From positions 3,790-67,789 of the forward strand of contig JBDSHC010000088.1 in assembly GCA_039918675.1 (NCBI GenBank): a stretch of 64,000 bases of DNA, given 5' to 3'. The notes below the pieces were generated by a model. The model saw nothing but the letters and a program-made list of their open reading frames with translations, had not been told where the DNA came from and made no database searches. The position numbers and the translations under genes are program-made. This document shows, piece after piece, positions 49,762 through 59,086 of the stretch. Numbering within the stretch: position 1 is the first letter of the stretch; every line of letters begins with the position of its first letter. Source of the stretch: Devosia sp. (GTDB lineage Bacteria > Pseudomonadota > Alphaproteobacteria > Rhizobiales > Devosiaceae).

Positions 49762-50682
49762 ATGCCCAATTTGCCTGCTTATATGGACCCCAGGAACTCG
49801 TTTCAGGGCCTGATCCTCACACTCCAGCAATTCTGGGCGAAGCAGGGCTGCGTCATCCTCCAGCCTTATGACATGCAGATGGGCGCGGGCACCTTCCACA
49901 CGGCGACCACTTTGCGGGCGCTGGGGCCGAAGCCGTGGAGCGCTGCTTATGTGCAGCCGTCGCGGCGGCCCAAGGACGGCCGCTATGGGGAAAATCCCAA
50001 CCGGCTGCAGCATTACTACCAGTTTCAGGTGATCCTGAAGCCGTCGCCCGACAACATCCAGGAGCTCTATCTGGAGTCACTCAAGGAGATCGGCCTCGAT
50101 TCCGCGCTGCACGACATCCGCTTCGTCGAGGACGATTGGGAGAGCCCGACACTCGGCGCCTGGGGCCTTGGCTGGGAATGCTGGTGCGACGGCATGGAAG
50201 TCAGCCAGTTCACCTATTTTCAGCAGGTCGCCGGCTTCGAGTGCAAGCCCGTGCCGGGCGAGATCACCTATGGCCTCGAGCGCCTCGCAATGTATGTGCA
50301 GGGCGTTGAGAACGTCTACGACCTCAACTTCAACGGCGGTGACAACGACAAGGTCACCTATGGCGATGTGTTCCTGCAAAATGAGCAGGAATTCTCGAAA
50401 TACAATTTCGAGGCCGCCGACACTGAAATGCTGTTCCGGCACTTCGCCGACGCCGAGGCCGAATGCAAATCGCTGCTCGAACGCGGGCAGGGCGTCGATG
50501 GCAAACACACGCTCGCCGTCCCCGCTTATGAGCAGGTCATCAAGGCGAGCCACAATTTCAATCTGCTCGATGCCCGCGGCGTGATTTCGGTCACCGAGCG
50601 CCAGAGCTACATCCTGCGCATCCGCGAACTGGCGAAGGCGTGCGGCGCGGCGTGGTTGCAGACTGCGGGCGGCGGGGCATGA
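49762..50682 (+). CDS. glyQ: Glycine-tRNA ligase alpha subunit
   Basis: [38 protein letters not shown] and EITYGLER; alternative start 49783. Confidence 0.99.
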   Translation: MPNLPAYMDPRNSFQGLILTLQQFWAKQGCVILQPYDMQMGAGTFHTATTLRALGPKPWSAAYVQPSRRPKDGRYGENPNRLQHYYQFQVILKPSPDNIQELYLESLKEIGLDSALHDIRFVEDDWESPTLGAWGLGWECWCDGMEVSQFTYFQQVAGFECKPVPGEITYGLERLAMYVQGVENVYDLNFNGGDNDKVTYGDVFLQNEQEFSKYNFEAADTEMLFRHFADAEAECKSLLERGQGVDGKHTLAVPAYEQVIKASHNFNLLDARGVISVTERQSYILRIRELAKACGAAWLQTAGGGA

Positions 50683-50978
50683 GTTGGCGCGCGGGCAAAG
50701 CGGGCGCCGACGGGCCTGCCAGTCTGCGCAATATCGGTCCGGCCATGCTTGCGGATTTCAAACTGCTCGGCATCGGGACCGTGGCCCAACTCGCCGAGGA
50801 GGATGCGGACGCGCTGTATCTGCGTCTATGCAAGCTCACCGATGCGCGCCAGGACCCCTGCGTGCATGACACCTTCGCGGCCGCGATCCACCAGGCGCGC
50901 ACTGGCGAAGCGCTTGCTTGGTGGGACTTCACGACGGCCCGTAAGGCGCGCGTCAAGTCGGGTAGCCTCACGCTATGA
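50679..50978 (+). CDS. Helix-hairpin-helix protein (mitomycin-resistance / Cdd1-like family)
   Basis: LRNIGPA HhH, LYxxLC...DPCVxD and WWDF; coupled to the glyQ stop. Confidence 0.8.
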   Translation: MSWRAGKAGADGPASLRNIGPAMLADFKLLGIGTVAQLAEEDADALYLRLCKLTDARQDPCVHDTFAAAIHQARTGEALAWWDFTTARKARVKSGSLTL

Positions 50979-51550
50979 CGACCGGGTCGCTCGACGCGTT
51001 CGCCGGCCATATCGTCATCCTGTCCGGTTCGCCCGGCTCGGGTAAGACCACCATCGCTGAGGCGCTGGCGCATTTGCCGGGCGCAGTGCCGAAGGTCCAT
51101 GTCCATACCGACGATTTCTGGGGCTACATCAAGCACGGACTGAGCGCGCCTTGGCTACCTGAATCGGATGCCCAGAATCGCATGGTCATGGAGATCGCGG
51201 CCGGCGTCGCGAAGCGTTACGCCGCTGCCGGTTATCTCGTCTTCCTCGACGGCGTCATCCGCCCGCAATCGCTCGCGCCCTATTCCGCGCTGCGGGGACC
51301 GCTGCATTACATTGTGCTGCGCACCACGGTTGCAGACGCCGTCGCCCGCTGCATCGCGCGCGGTGGCGACAGCCTCGCCGATCCTGCCATCGTCGCGAGG
51401 CTTCACGGCGAATTCGGTGAGCTTGGCGCATTCGAGCCCAACCCTGTCGCGACAACCGGCACGACTCGCGAACAATCCATAGAATTTGTGGTTGCCGCCC
51501 TTCACCGTGGCAGCCATCGCCTTGCGCACAGCGGGGAGGGGACGGCGTGA
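50975..51550 (+). CDS. P-loop kinase / AAA_33-like ATPase
   Basis: Walker A GSPGSGKTT, HTDDF and FLDGV; small-molecule kinase-like layout. Confidence 0.82.
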   Translation: MTTGSLDAFAGHIVILSGSPGSGKTTIAEALAHLPGAVPKVHVHTDDFWGYIKHGLSAPWLPESDAQNRMVMEIAAGVAKRYAAAGYLVFLDGVIRPQSLAPYSALRGPLHYIVLRTTVADAVARCIARGGDSLADPAIVARLHGEFGELGAFEPNPVATTGTTREQSIEFVVAALHRGSHRLAHSGEGTA

Positions 51551-51903
51551 TCCGCCTCGACCACATCAACATCGATGCCGATGATCTCGATGCGGCGCGC
51601 GATTTCCTGCTCGCGGCGCTGCCCGGTCTCGTTAATGGCTTCCGGCCGCCGTTCGATTTCCCGGGCTATTGGCTGTATCTGGGCGACCACCCGATCATTC
51701 ACATGCACCGCCGCACCGGCGAGCGGGGCAGGGGCTGGGTCGATCATCTCGCCTTCGCGCCGTTCGACTTCAACACCGAATGCGCGCGGCTCGATGCGCT
51801 TGGCCTCCGCTACACGATCGGCGGAATTCCGGGCGGCCCGATCCGGCAGCTCTTCGTCAGCGGCCCCGAGCGGTTGAAGCTCGAGCTTCAGTGTCCGGTC
51901 TAG
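51547..51903 (+). CDS. VOC (glyoxalase-like) protein
   Basis: LDHINI, RPPFDFPGYWLY, DHLAF and QLF..GP..LKLEL. Confidence 0.9.
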   Translation: MIRLDHINIDADDLDAARDFLLAALPGLVNGFRPPFDFPGYWLYLGDHPIIHMHRRTGERGRGWVDHLAFAPFDFNTECARLDALGLRYTIGGIPGGPIRQLFVSGPERLKLELQCPV

Positions 51904-52759
51904 GCATCGCCAGCGCCAAATCGATGAAGGCCCGCACGTTGACCGGCGTGAACTTGCCGGCGGGATAGACGAAATAGACGGCTCCGCTTTGCGTCGTGTA
52001 GTCGGGCAACACCCGCTCAAGGCCAATGGTGCCGCCGGGAAAATCCGGCAAGACAGCAATGCCCGCGCCAACCATCGCCAGCGCCCGCAAGGTCTGCATG
52101 TCGTCGGCGCGGATGCGGCCAGTGGCGCTGACCTGAAAGCGGTCGGTGGGCGAGGCCATCAGGAACAGATTGGGTGGAAAGCGGCTGTGCACCAGAACGA
52201 TGTGATCGGCGAGATCGGCCGGCGATTGCGGCCGACCCCGGGCCTTGAGGTATTCCGTGGAGGCGAACATCGCGAGAGTGGCGGCGCTGAACTTTCGGCT
52301 CTGGAGGGTCGAGTCCCGCATCGGGCTGGCACGCATAGCGAGGTCCACACCCTCGGCCAGCAGATCGAGCTGCGTGTTGGTAGCAATGAGATCGAGGCTG
52401 ATGCGCGGGTACGTGGTCACGAATTGCTGGATGATCGGCGGCAGGATCATCTGCGCGAGATCCGACGGCGCGGTGATCCGGAACGTTCCACTCGGCTCGG
52501 CATTCGCCTCCGCCAGACCTGCCTCGCCGGCTTCAAGCGAGCGCAGGGCCTCGCTGCAATAAGCGTAATAGGCCGTGCCGGCGGGCGTCACATACATCTT
52601 GCGGGTCGAGCGCTGGATCAGCGTTACACCCAGCCGCTCCTCGAGCCGCGCCAGCTTGGCGCTGACGGTCGTCACCGGCATGCCAAGCTGCCGGGCTGCG
52701 GCAGAGAGGCCGCCGGCCTCCACTACCTTCGCGAACACATCGATGCCATCGAGGATCAT
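51857..52759 (-). CDS. LysR family regulator
   Basis: FAKVVEAGGLSAAARQLG HTH, LEERLGVTL and EGVDLAMR; ATG 52759. Confidence 0.95.
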   Translation of the reverse strand: MILDGIDVFAKVVEAGGLSAAARQLGMPVTTVSAKLARLEERLGVTLIQRSTRKMYVTPAGTAYYAYCSEALRSLEAGEAGLAEANAEPSGTFRITAPSDLAQMILPPIIQQFVTTYPRISLDLIATNTQLDLLAEGVDLAMRASPMRDSTLQSRKFSAATLAMFASTEYLKARGRPQSPADLADHIVLVHSRFPPNLFLMASPTDRFQVSATGRIRADDMQTLRALAMVGAGIAVLPDFPGGTIGLERVLPDYTTQSGAVYFVYPAGKFTPVNVRAFIDLALAMPRPDTEARASTARGR

Positions 52760-52876
52760 GCCAGCATTATGCAGTATTTCGTAGAATGTTTCCAGATTAT
52801 CCCGGATTGTGGAAAAGCCTCCGGTCGGCTCTAACGCCCTCAACGGCATGTGGCCGCATCAAATGAGGGTTTGAAC

Positions 52877-53263
52877 ATGGACTTTCTGACGTCTCTGAAC
52901 TTCTGGCTCTGGGCCGCCGCGGGCCTGCTGGCAGTCGCCTACGCGATGGCCGGTGGCATGAAAGCCACCCAGCCGATCGACAAACTCGCTGTGCAAATGA
53001 AATGGCCCTCTGACTATCCGCGCCTCACGCGATTCATCGGCGTTTCCGAGGTGCTGGGTGCCGTTGGGTTGATCCTGCCGCTGCTGACCGGGATTTTCGT
53101 CTGGCTTACGCCGCTGGCTGCGATCTGCCTGGTGGCCGTACAGATTCTGGCCATCGGCTTTCACGTGATGCGGAAGGAACCGCAGGTGCTGCCCGTCAAT
53201 TTCGTGCTGCTGGCTCTCGCGGCCTTCGTCGCCTGGGGCCGCTGGTCGCTGTTCGGCATGTGA
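52877..53263 (+). CDS. DoxX family membrane protein
   Basis: GGMKA, FIGVSEVLGAVGLILP and LTPLAA; divergent from LysR. Confidence 0.9.
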   Translation: MDFLTSLNFWLWAAAGLLAVAYAMAGGMKATQPIDKLAVQMKWPSDYPRLTRFIGVSEVLGAVGLILPLLTGIFVWLTPLAAICLVAVQILAIGFHVMRKEPQVLPVNFVLLALAAFVAWGRWSLFGM

Positions 53264-53294
53264 TTCACACGACTCGCCGCGTAGTCTAGGCTTC

Positions 53295-53483
53295 ATGGCG
53301 GAAACCTCCGCCATGAAGCCGCCCAGCAAAAAGACTCCGGCCAAGAAGCCCAACCTCGCGGCCAAAGCGCTAAGCGATCCGAAGTTCCGGCCGAAAATCG
53401 TCGAGAAGCCAGATGTGTACAAACGGCGTCCAAAATTTAGCCAGAAGTTGGTTGAAACAGACGATGACGACAGGATGAACTGA
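53295..53483 (+). CDS. Small basic protein resembling alternative ribosome-rescue factor ArfA
   Basis: NLAAKALSDPKFRPKIVEKPDVYKRRPK resembles the ArfA core (N..ALLHDPLFRQRV...SYxRK, recalled from E. coli). Confidence 0.55.
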   Translation: MAETSAMKPPSKKTPAKKPNLAAKALSDPKFRPKIVEKPDVYKRRPKFSQKLVETDDDDRMN

Positions 53484-53651
53484 ATTTCAGCTAATTCCTG
53501 CAGATAACTGCAACTCAGGTGAGAACAGCGGGTCACCTTAGATAGTTCTGTTCATGAAGCATTCAGGCGCTGCACGTCAGTTGCAGCGGCATTCTGCCGG
53601 TGCCAATGTCCCGGCACGCTCGGCGCGGAGGGCGCGCCTCTGGAGGCTTTC

Positions 53652-54209
53652 ATGTTTGGCTGGATCATTCTCGGCATTATCGTTGCCGCCGTCGCCTATG
53701 GCGTCTTCGCCTACAACAATCTCGTGCGGCAGCGGCAGCTCAGCCAGGAAGGCTGGTCCGGCATCGATGTGCAGCTCAAGCGCCGCGCCGACCTCATCCC
53801 CAATCTGCTCGAATCCGTGAAGGGCTACATGGCCCATGAGCGCGATACTCTCGAAGCCGTCACCAAGGCGCGCACTGCCGCGCAGATGGCGCAGAACGGC
53901 ACGCCGGAGCAGCGCGCCGCTGCTGAAGGTCAACTCTCCACCGCACTCGGCAAGCTCTTCGCCGTCGCCGAGGCCTATCCGGATCTCAAGGCCAGCCAGA
54001 ACTTCATGCAGTTCCAGGGCGAACTGTCGAACACCGAAAACGAGATCCAGCTGTCGCGCCGCTACTACAATGGCACGGCCCGCGATCTGAACACGGCGGT
54101 CGAGTCCTTCCCCTCCAACATTCTCGCCAACTTCTTCAAGTTCGAGAAGGTCCAGTACTTCGAACTCGAGAACCCGGCCGACCGCGCCGTGCCGACAGTG
54201 AAGTTCTAG
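53652..54209 (+). CDS. lemA: LemA family protein
   Basis: YNNLV, WSGIDVQLKRRADLIPNL, AEAYPDLKA, RRYYN and FPSN. Confidence 0.96.
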   Translation: MFGWIILGIIVAAVAYGVFAYNNLVRQRQLSQEGWSGIDVQLKRRADLIPNLLESVKGYMAHERDTLEAVTKARTAAQMAQNGTPEQRAAAEGQLSTALGKLFAVAEAYPDLKASQNFMQFQGELSNTENEIQLSRRYYNGTARDLNTAVESFPSNILANFFKFEKVQYFELENPADRAVPTVKF

Positions 54210-54234
54210 GCAACGGACGCCACTCCACCACGAT

Positions 54235-54341
54235 GTCAGTCCCGCGCAGGCGGGTATCCAGTTCGAACCAACCACAGGGTCGACAATGCTTCACCTCATC
54301 CGGCAACATCTGTCCTGGATTCCCGCCTGCGCGGGAATGAC
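54235..54341. repeat. Palindromic intergenic repeat, family A (complete)
   Basis: 27-bp arms GTCAGTCCCGCGCAGGCGGGTATCCAG / CTGGATTCCCGCCTGCGCGGGAATGAC (2 mismatches), 53-bp spacer; each arm is itself a hairpin. Confidence 0.9.
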
Positions 54342-56262
54342 AAAGCGAACCGTGGCGGCGCTCGTGCTGCTGGTCTTCGCGGCGACTGCGCTTCCCGCGC
54401 TCGCCGAAGAGCAGATCCTTTCCTACATCACCAACACGACGCTCCGCATCGATGGCTCGGTCGACGTGGTCGAGACCATCGAGGTCAATTCCGAGGGTGA
54501 CCAGATCCGTCACGGTATCTACCGCGACATCCCCCTCACCATGATCAACGAAGACAAGTCGCGGCTTCGTTCGGACCTGCGCGTGCTTGAGGTAAAGCGC
54601 AACGGCGCATCCGAGCCTTACAGCGTCGACAATATCGGCGGCGGCTTCAAGCGCATCAAGATCGGCGATGGCGACGTCTTCCTCGATTACACCACGCACA
54701 TCTACACCATCCACTATACCATGACCCGCATGGGTCGCTTTTTTGACGACCATGACGAGCTCTACTGGAACGCCACGGGCAGCTACTGGAACTTCCCGAT
54801 CCTCAAGGCGACGGCGACGCTCAATTTGCCGCCCGGCGCCGTCGTCGGCGACACGGTGGGCTATGAAGGCGCACCTGGCATCGGCACCCCATCGGCGACG
54901 GTGGAGCGGAAATCCGACACGTCCGTCGCCTTCCGCTCGACCCGCATACTGCGGCCCGGTGAGGGTCTGTCGGTCGCGGTCAAGTTCCAGAAGGGCATTC
55001 TGGTCCAGCCGCAGGGCCTCACTGCCATCGGCTATTGGTTGTCGGATCATCGTGAGCTGGTGTTTCCCGGTGTCGCGGTGATCCTTGTTCTGCTCTACAA
55101 TTTCTTTGCATGGAACGCCGTGGGCCGCGACCCGCACCGCGGCACGATCATTCCGCTCTTTCATCCGCCGCAGGATATGTCGCCGGCGCTGGCGCACTAT
55201 GTCTCGGGCATGGGCTTCAAGAAGAGCGGCTGGACCGCCTTCATTGCCTCGATCTTCGATCTGGGCGTCAAAGGCCTCGTCCAGATCGACAAGGTCGGCA
55301 GCAAGACCAACATCAACATTACCAATGCCAGCCCCACCGGCACCTTGCCAGCGGGCGAAAGCGCCCTCTACAGCTTCATCAAATCGAAGGGGCAAGTGTC
55401 GATCGACAAGACCGACGGCCCGCAGCTCAACGCCAAGCGCGGCGAACTGGTCTCGGCCATCGAGCGCGAGAACCGCGAGATCTATTTCAAGAACAATGTG
55501 CTTTACACGCTGGGTGGCGCTGCCCTGGCGGCGCTCATGCTGCTGGTCATGATCTGGCTCGATGTGCTCGACCCGGTGTTCCTCATCGTCGCCGCCGTAA
55601 CGGCAGTGATCGTTGGTGTGATCATCGGCACCGTGTTCAGCGGCGGCAAGGGCGGCAGCATTGTCGGCAAGCTGTTCGGCGGCGTGTGGCTGGTGATCAT
55701 CGCCATCAACATCTTCGGCTCGGGCATCAGCGCCATCTCAGGCATCCGCCTCGATACCGGTTTCGTTGCTGCCGCCTCGATCCTCATCATCGAGATCGTC
55801 TTCGCCATCCTGATGCGCGCCCCCACCATCCAGGGCCGCAAGCTGATGGACCAGATCGAGGGCTTCAAGATGTACCTCGATACCGCCGAGAAGAACCGCC
55901 TCAACTATGTCGACAAGGGCGAGCCGCAAATGACCATCAAGCGTTTCGAGTCGATCCTGCCGTTCGCCATCGCCCTCGGGGTTGAGAAGCCGTGGTCCGA
56001 TCGCTTCTCCGCCGACCTCGCGCGCAACGCCGTGGCCGACGCCACCGGCGGTACTTACTCGCCCTATTGGTACAGCGGCGGCGACTGGTCGACTGCCGGC
56101 TCCTCAGGTGATTTCTCGAAGTCGGTGTCCTCAATGTCGACCGGCATGGCCGCCGCGATGATCGCCGCGCAACCGTCCAGTTCGTCGGGCTCGGGCTTCT
56201 CGAGCGGCGGTGGCGGAGGGGGTGGCGGTGGAGGCGGCGGCGGGGGTGGTGGCGGCTGGTAG
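54337..56262 (+). CDS. DUF2207 membrane protein
   Basis: Signal peptide, RHGIYRDIP, DELYWNATG, LPFAIALGVEKPW and a Gly-rich tail ending in W; usual partner of lemA. Confidence 0.93.
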   Translation: MTKRTVAALVLLVFAATALPALAEEQILSYITNTTLRIDGSVDVVETIEVNSEGDQIRHGIYRDIPLTMINEDKSRLRSDLRVLEVKRNGASEPYSVDNIGGGFKRIKIGDGDVFLDYTTHIYTIHYTMTRMGRFFDDHDELYWNATGSYWNFPILKATATLNLPPGAVVGDTVGYEGAPGIGTPSATVERKSDTSVAFRSTRILRPGEGLSVAVKFQKGILVQPQGLTAIGYWLSDHRELVFPGVAVILVLLYNFFAWNAVGRDPHRGTIIPLFHPPQDMSPALAHYVSGMGFKKSGWTAFIASIFDLGVKGLVQIDKVGSKTNINITNASPTGTLPAGESALYSFIKSKGQVSIDKTDGPQLNAKRGELVSAIERENREIYFKNNVLYTLGGAALAALMLLVMIWLDVLDPVFLIVAAVTAVIVGVIIGTVFSGGKGGSIVGKLFGGVWLVIIAINIFGSGISAISGIRLDTGFVAAASILIIEIVFAILMRAPTIQGRKLMDQIEGFKMYLDTAEKNRLNYVDKGEPQMTIKRFESILPFAIALGVEKPWSDRFSADLARNAVADATGGTYSPYWYSGGDWSTAGSSGDFSKSVSSMSTGMAAAMIAAQPSSSSGSGFSSGGGGGGGGGGGGGGGGGW

Positions 56263-56303
56263 GCGTTGGCACTGGGCGGGGCGCATGAACCGGCCTCTCG
56301 TTC

Positions 56304-56374
56304 GTCATCCCCGGGCTTGACCCGGGGACCCAGCTCGACTTCCGCTGGGTGGCCGGGTCGAGCCCGGCCATAAC
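56304..56374. repeat. Palindromic intergenic repeat, family B
   Basis: GTCATCCCCGGGCTTGACCCGGGGACCCAG ... CTGGGTGGCCGGGTCGAGCCCGGCCATAAC; inverted arms, each a hairpin. Confidence 0.85.
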
Positions 56375-56457
56375 TGCAGAGTAATCTCGCCGGCCTCTCA
56401 ATGGACAATCCGGCCGCCCCTTGGTAACGCTCCGGCGCCTTAACATCCGGTCGAAAA

Positions 56458-58482
56458 ATGCCTGAACTGCTGCTCGAACTGTTCTCCGAAGAAATCCCCG
56501 CGCGCTTTCAGCGCCGCGCTGCCGAGGACCTCAAAAAGGCCGTCACCAATGCGCTGGTCGAGGCGGGGCTCGTCTATGAGGGCGCCAAGGCCTTCGTGAC
56601 ACCGCGGCGTCTCGCGCTGACCGTCGCGGGCATCCCGATGCGGTCGCCGGATCTGCGTGAAGAAAAGAAGGGTCCGCGCGTTGGAGCGCCGCAGCAGGCG
56701 ATTGATGGCTTCCTGAAGTCGGCCGGGCTGACCTCGATCGATCAGGCCAAGATCGTTTCGGACCCCAAGAAGGGCGATTCCTACGTCGCCTATATCGACA
56801 AGAAGGGCGACGAGGCCCCGAAGCTGCTCGCCGATATTCTGCCGCGCGTTGTCGGCGCCTTTCCCTGGGCCAAATCGATGCAATGGGGCCATGGCGGGCT
56901 GACCTGGGTGCGCCCGATCCGCGCCGTCACCGCCACCTTTGGTGCGGACAATGATGAGCCCGTGGTGATTCCGTTTTTGACCGGAAACGTGCCGTCGGGG
57001 CAGACCACTTACGGCCACCGCTTCCTCGCGCCCGCAGCTATCAAGGTGCGGCGCTTCGACGATTATGTGCGGGCGCTGGAGAAGGCCAAGGTCGTTCTCG
57101 ACATCGATCGCCGCAAGGAGATCATCAAGGCCGACGCCGCCAATCTGGCTTTTGCACAGGGGCTGACCGTCATCGATGATGAGGGACTGCTCGAAGAAGT
57201 CGCCGGCCTCGTCGAATGGCCGGTCGTCATGATGGGCTCCTTCGACCCGAGCTTCCTCAAGGTGCCTGAGGAGGTGATCATCGCCACCATCCGCGCCAAC
57301 CAGAAATGCTTCTGTCTGCGCGATGCATCGGGCAAGTTGTCGAACCATTTCCTGCTGACCGCAAACAATGTCGCAAGCGACGGCGGCGATCTGATTGTCG
57401 CTGGCAATGAGCGCGTGATCCGTGCCCGGCTGAGCGATGCTAAGTTCTTCTACGAGACCGATCTCAAGCTGCCGCTCGAGCATGGCCTGCCCAAGCTCGA
57501 AGAGTCGGTGTTCCACGCCAAGCTCGGAACGCAGTTCCAGCGCGTGCAGCGGATCGTCGCGCTTGCCAAGGACATCGCGCCAATGGTCGGCGCCAATGTC
57601 GCCGACGTAGAACGCGCTGCGATGCTGGCAAAGGCCGATCTGCCAACCGGCATGGTCGGCGAGTTCCCCGAGCTGCAGGGCATCATGGGCCGCTATTATG
57701 CGCTTGCCCAGGGCGAGAAGCGCGAAGTGGCCAACGCCGTCGCCGATCACTACAAGCCGCTCGGCCCGACCGACCGCGTTCCTGGTGAGCCCGTTGCGAT
57801 TGCCGTGGCGCTGGCCGACAAGCTCGATTTGCTCACCGGCTTCTGGGCGATCGACGAAAAGCCTACGGGCTCGCGTGATCCGTTCGCGCTGCGGCGGGCC
57901 GCGCTGGGTGTGATCCGGATTGTAACGGACAATAATCTGACCTTCCCGCTCAAGGTCGAAGCGGACCTGCTCGCTTTCTTCCACGACCGCTTGAAGGTTA
58001 GCCTTCGCGAGGCGGGGGCTCGTCACGATCTGGTCGATGCCGTCATCACGACGCAGAGCAGCGACATTCTCGAAATCACGCGGCGCGTCGAGGCGCTGTC
58101 GGTGCTGCTGTCGTCGCCGGATGGCCAGAATCTATTGGCAGGCTACAAGCGCGCGGCCAACATCCTTGCGGCTGAGGAGAAGAAGGACGGCAAGACGTAC
58201 GCGGCGCAGGTCGATCCGCAATTGCTGACGCTCCCCGGTGAGCAAGCGCTGGCCAGTGCGCTCGCCTCCGCCGACGCAAGCGCTGCCGCTAAAGTCAAAG
58301 CCAACGACTACAAGGGCGCCATCGCTGCGTTGGCGACGCTCCGTGCACCGGTTGATACCTTCTTCGAAGCCGTCCTCGTCAACGATGCAGATTCCGCAAT
58401 CCGGGCCAATCGGCTTCATCTGCTCGCTGCATTGCGCAATACGATGCAGCTTGTGGCGGATTTCTCGAAGGTGGCGGGCTAG
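56458..58482 (+). CDS. glyS: Glycine-tRNA ligase beta subunit
   Basis: [40 protein letters not shown]-like VLVNDAD and NRL. Confidence 0.99.
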   Translation: MPELLLELFSEEIPARFQRRAAEDLKKAVTNALVEAGLVYEGAKAFVTPRRLALTVAGIPMRSPDLREEKKGPRVGAPQQAIDGFLKSAGLTSIDQAKIVSDPKKGDSYVAYIDKKGDEAPKLLADILPRVVGAFPWAKSMQWGHGGLTWVRPIRAVTATFGADNDEPVVIPFLTGNVPSGQTTYGHRFLAPAAIKVRRFDDYVRALEKAKVVLDIDRRKEIIKADAANLAFAQGLTVIDDEGLLEEVAGLVEWPVVMMGSFDPSFLKVPEEVIIATIRANQKCFCLRDASGKLSNHFLLTANNVASDGGDLIVAGNERVIRARLSDAKFFYETDLKLPLEHGLPKLEESVFHAKLGTQFQRVQRIVALAKDIAPMVGANVADVERAAMLAKADLPTGMVGEFPELQGIMGRYYALAQGEKREVANAVADHYKPLGPTDRVPGEPVAIAVALADKLDLLTGFWAIDEKPTGSRDPFALRRAALGVIRIVTDNNLTFPLKVEADLLAFFHDRLKVSLREAGARHDLVDAVITTQSSDILEITRRVEALSVLLSSPDGQNLLAGYKRAANILAAEEKKDGKTYAAQVDPQLLTLPGEQALASALASADASAAAKVKANDYKGAIAALATLRAPVDTFFEAVLVNDADSAIRANRLHLLAALRNTMQLVADFSKVAG

Positions 58483-58499
58483 CGGCTAAAAACTGCATC

Positions 58500-58629
58500 C
58501 CTTCTCCCCTTGAGGGAGGAGGTGGATCGGCCGCAGGCCGAGACGGATGAGGGGTTCCCTCGGACATCGCGGATACGGCACGAACCCCTCATCCGCCCTT
58601 CGGGCACCTTCTCCCTCAAGGGGAGAAGG
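58500..58629. repeat. Palindromic intergenic repeat, family C (complete, 130 bp)
   Basis: Perfect 18-bp outer inverted repeat CCTTCTCCCCTTGAGGGA/TCCCTCAAGGGGAGAAGG and perfect 14-bp inner inverted repeat CGGATGAGGGGTTC/GAACCCCTCATCCG. Confidence 0.9.
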
Positions 58630-58641
58630 AAGTGCAGAGCA

Positions 58642-58968
58642 CTAGAGCGGCGGCAGTCTGCAGGTGACCTTGCCGCCATCTGTGTCGAACACGAACAGCG
58701 TTTCACCATCCAACTCGCCGAAGCCGCCATGCCAGTGCTGCTCGGCCAATGGCCCGGTCAGCGCCTCGACACTATCGCCTGCTGAGGCGATTTGACCCTG
58801 TGAGCTGACGCCGTTGACGTCCCATTGGTAGTCGCCGGCTACGAGCAGCGAGAGCACGCCGAGCTTGTCCCCGGCCCCCGACGCGCAATCATAGATGCCC
58901 GGCGGCGGAAACTGCGCGAGGGCAGGGGTGGCGACGAGGATGAGCGGGAGAATGAAGGGATGTCTCAT
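58642..58968 (-). CDS. Small exported hypothetical protein (108 aa)
   Basis: Signal peptide ending PALA-Q; two Cys near the ends of the mature part; beta-rich pattern. Confidence 0.75.
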   Translation of the reverse strand: MRHPFILPLILVATPALAQFPPPGIYDCASGAGDKLGVLSLLVAGDYQWDVNGVSSQGQIASAGDSVEALTGPLAEQHWHGGFGELDGETLFVFDTDGGKVTCRLPPL

Positions 58969-59026
58969 AGGGCAATCTTCGGCGCCTGGACGATCGCGGG
59001 CAAATCAACTCTCGGTGCTCGGGGCC

Positions 59027-59075
59027 GCCCCTTCCGCCAGCTTCGCTGACACCTTCCCCCTCGAACGGGAGAAGG
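59027..59075. repeat. Family C repeat, right-half remnant
   Basis: CCCCTTCCGCCAGCTTCGCTGACACCTTCCCCCTCGAACGGGAGAAGG aligns by eye to 58585-58629. Confidence 0.7.
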
Positions 59076-59086
59076 AAGAAGGTGCG

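Noticed and set aside
53500-53650. Several short hairpins in the lemA leader as a possible riboswitch
   Set aside because: Stems are only 5-6 bp and I recognise no aptamer consensus.
56205-56262. GGC/GGT microsatellite-like run
   Set aside because: Encodes the Gly-rich C-terminal tail that is normal for DUF2207 proteins.
54235-59075. CRISPR array or IS elements
   Set aside because: The repeats are isolated inverted-repeat elements, not regularly spaced direct repeats; no cas, transposase or integrase gene in the window.
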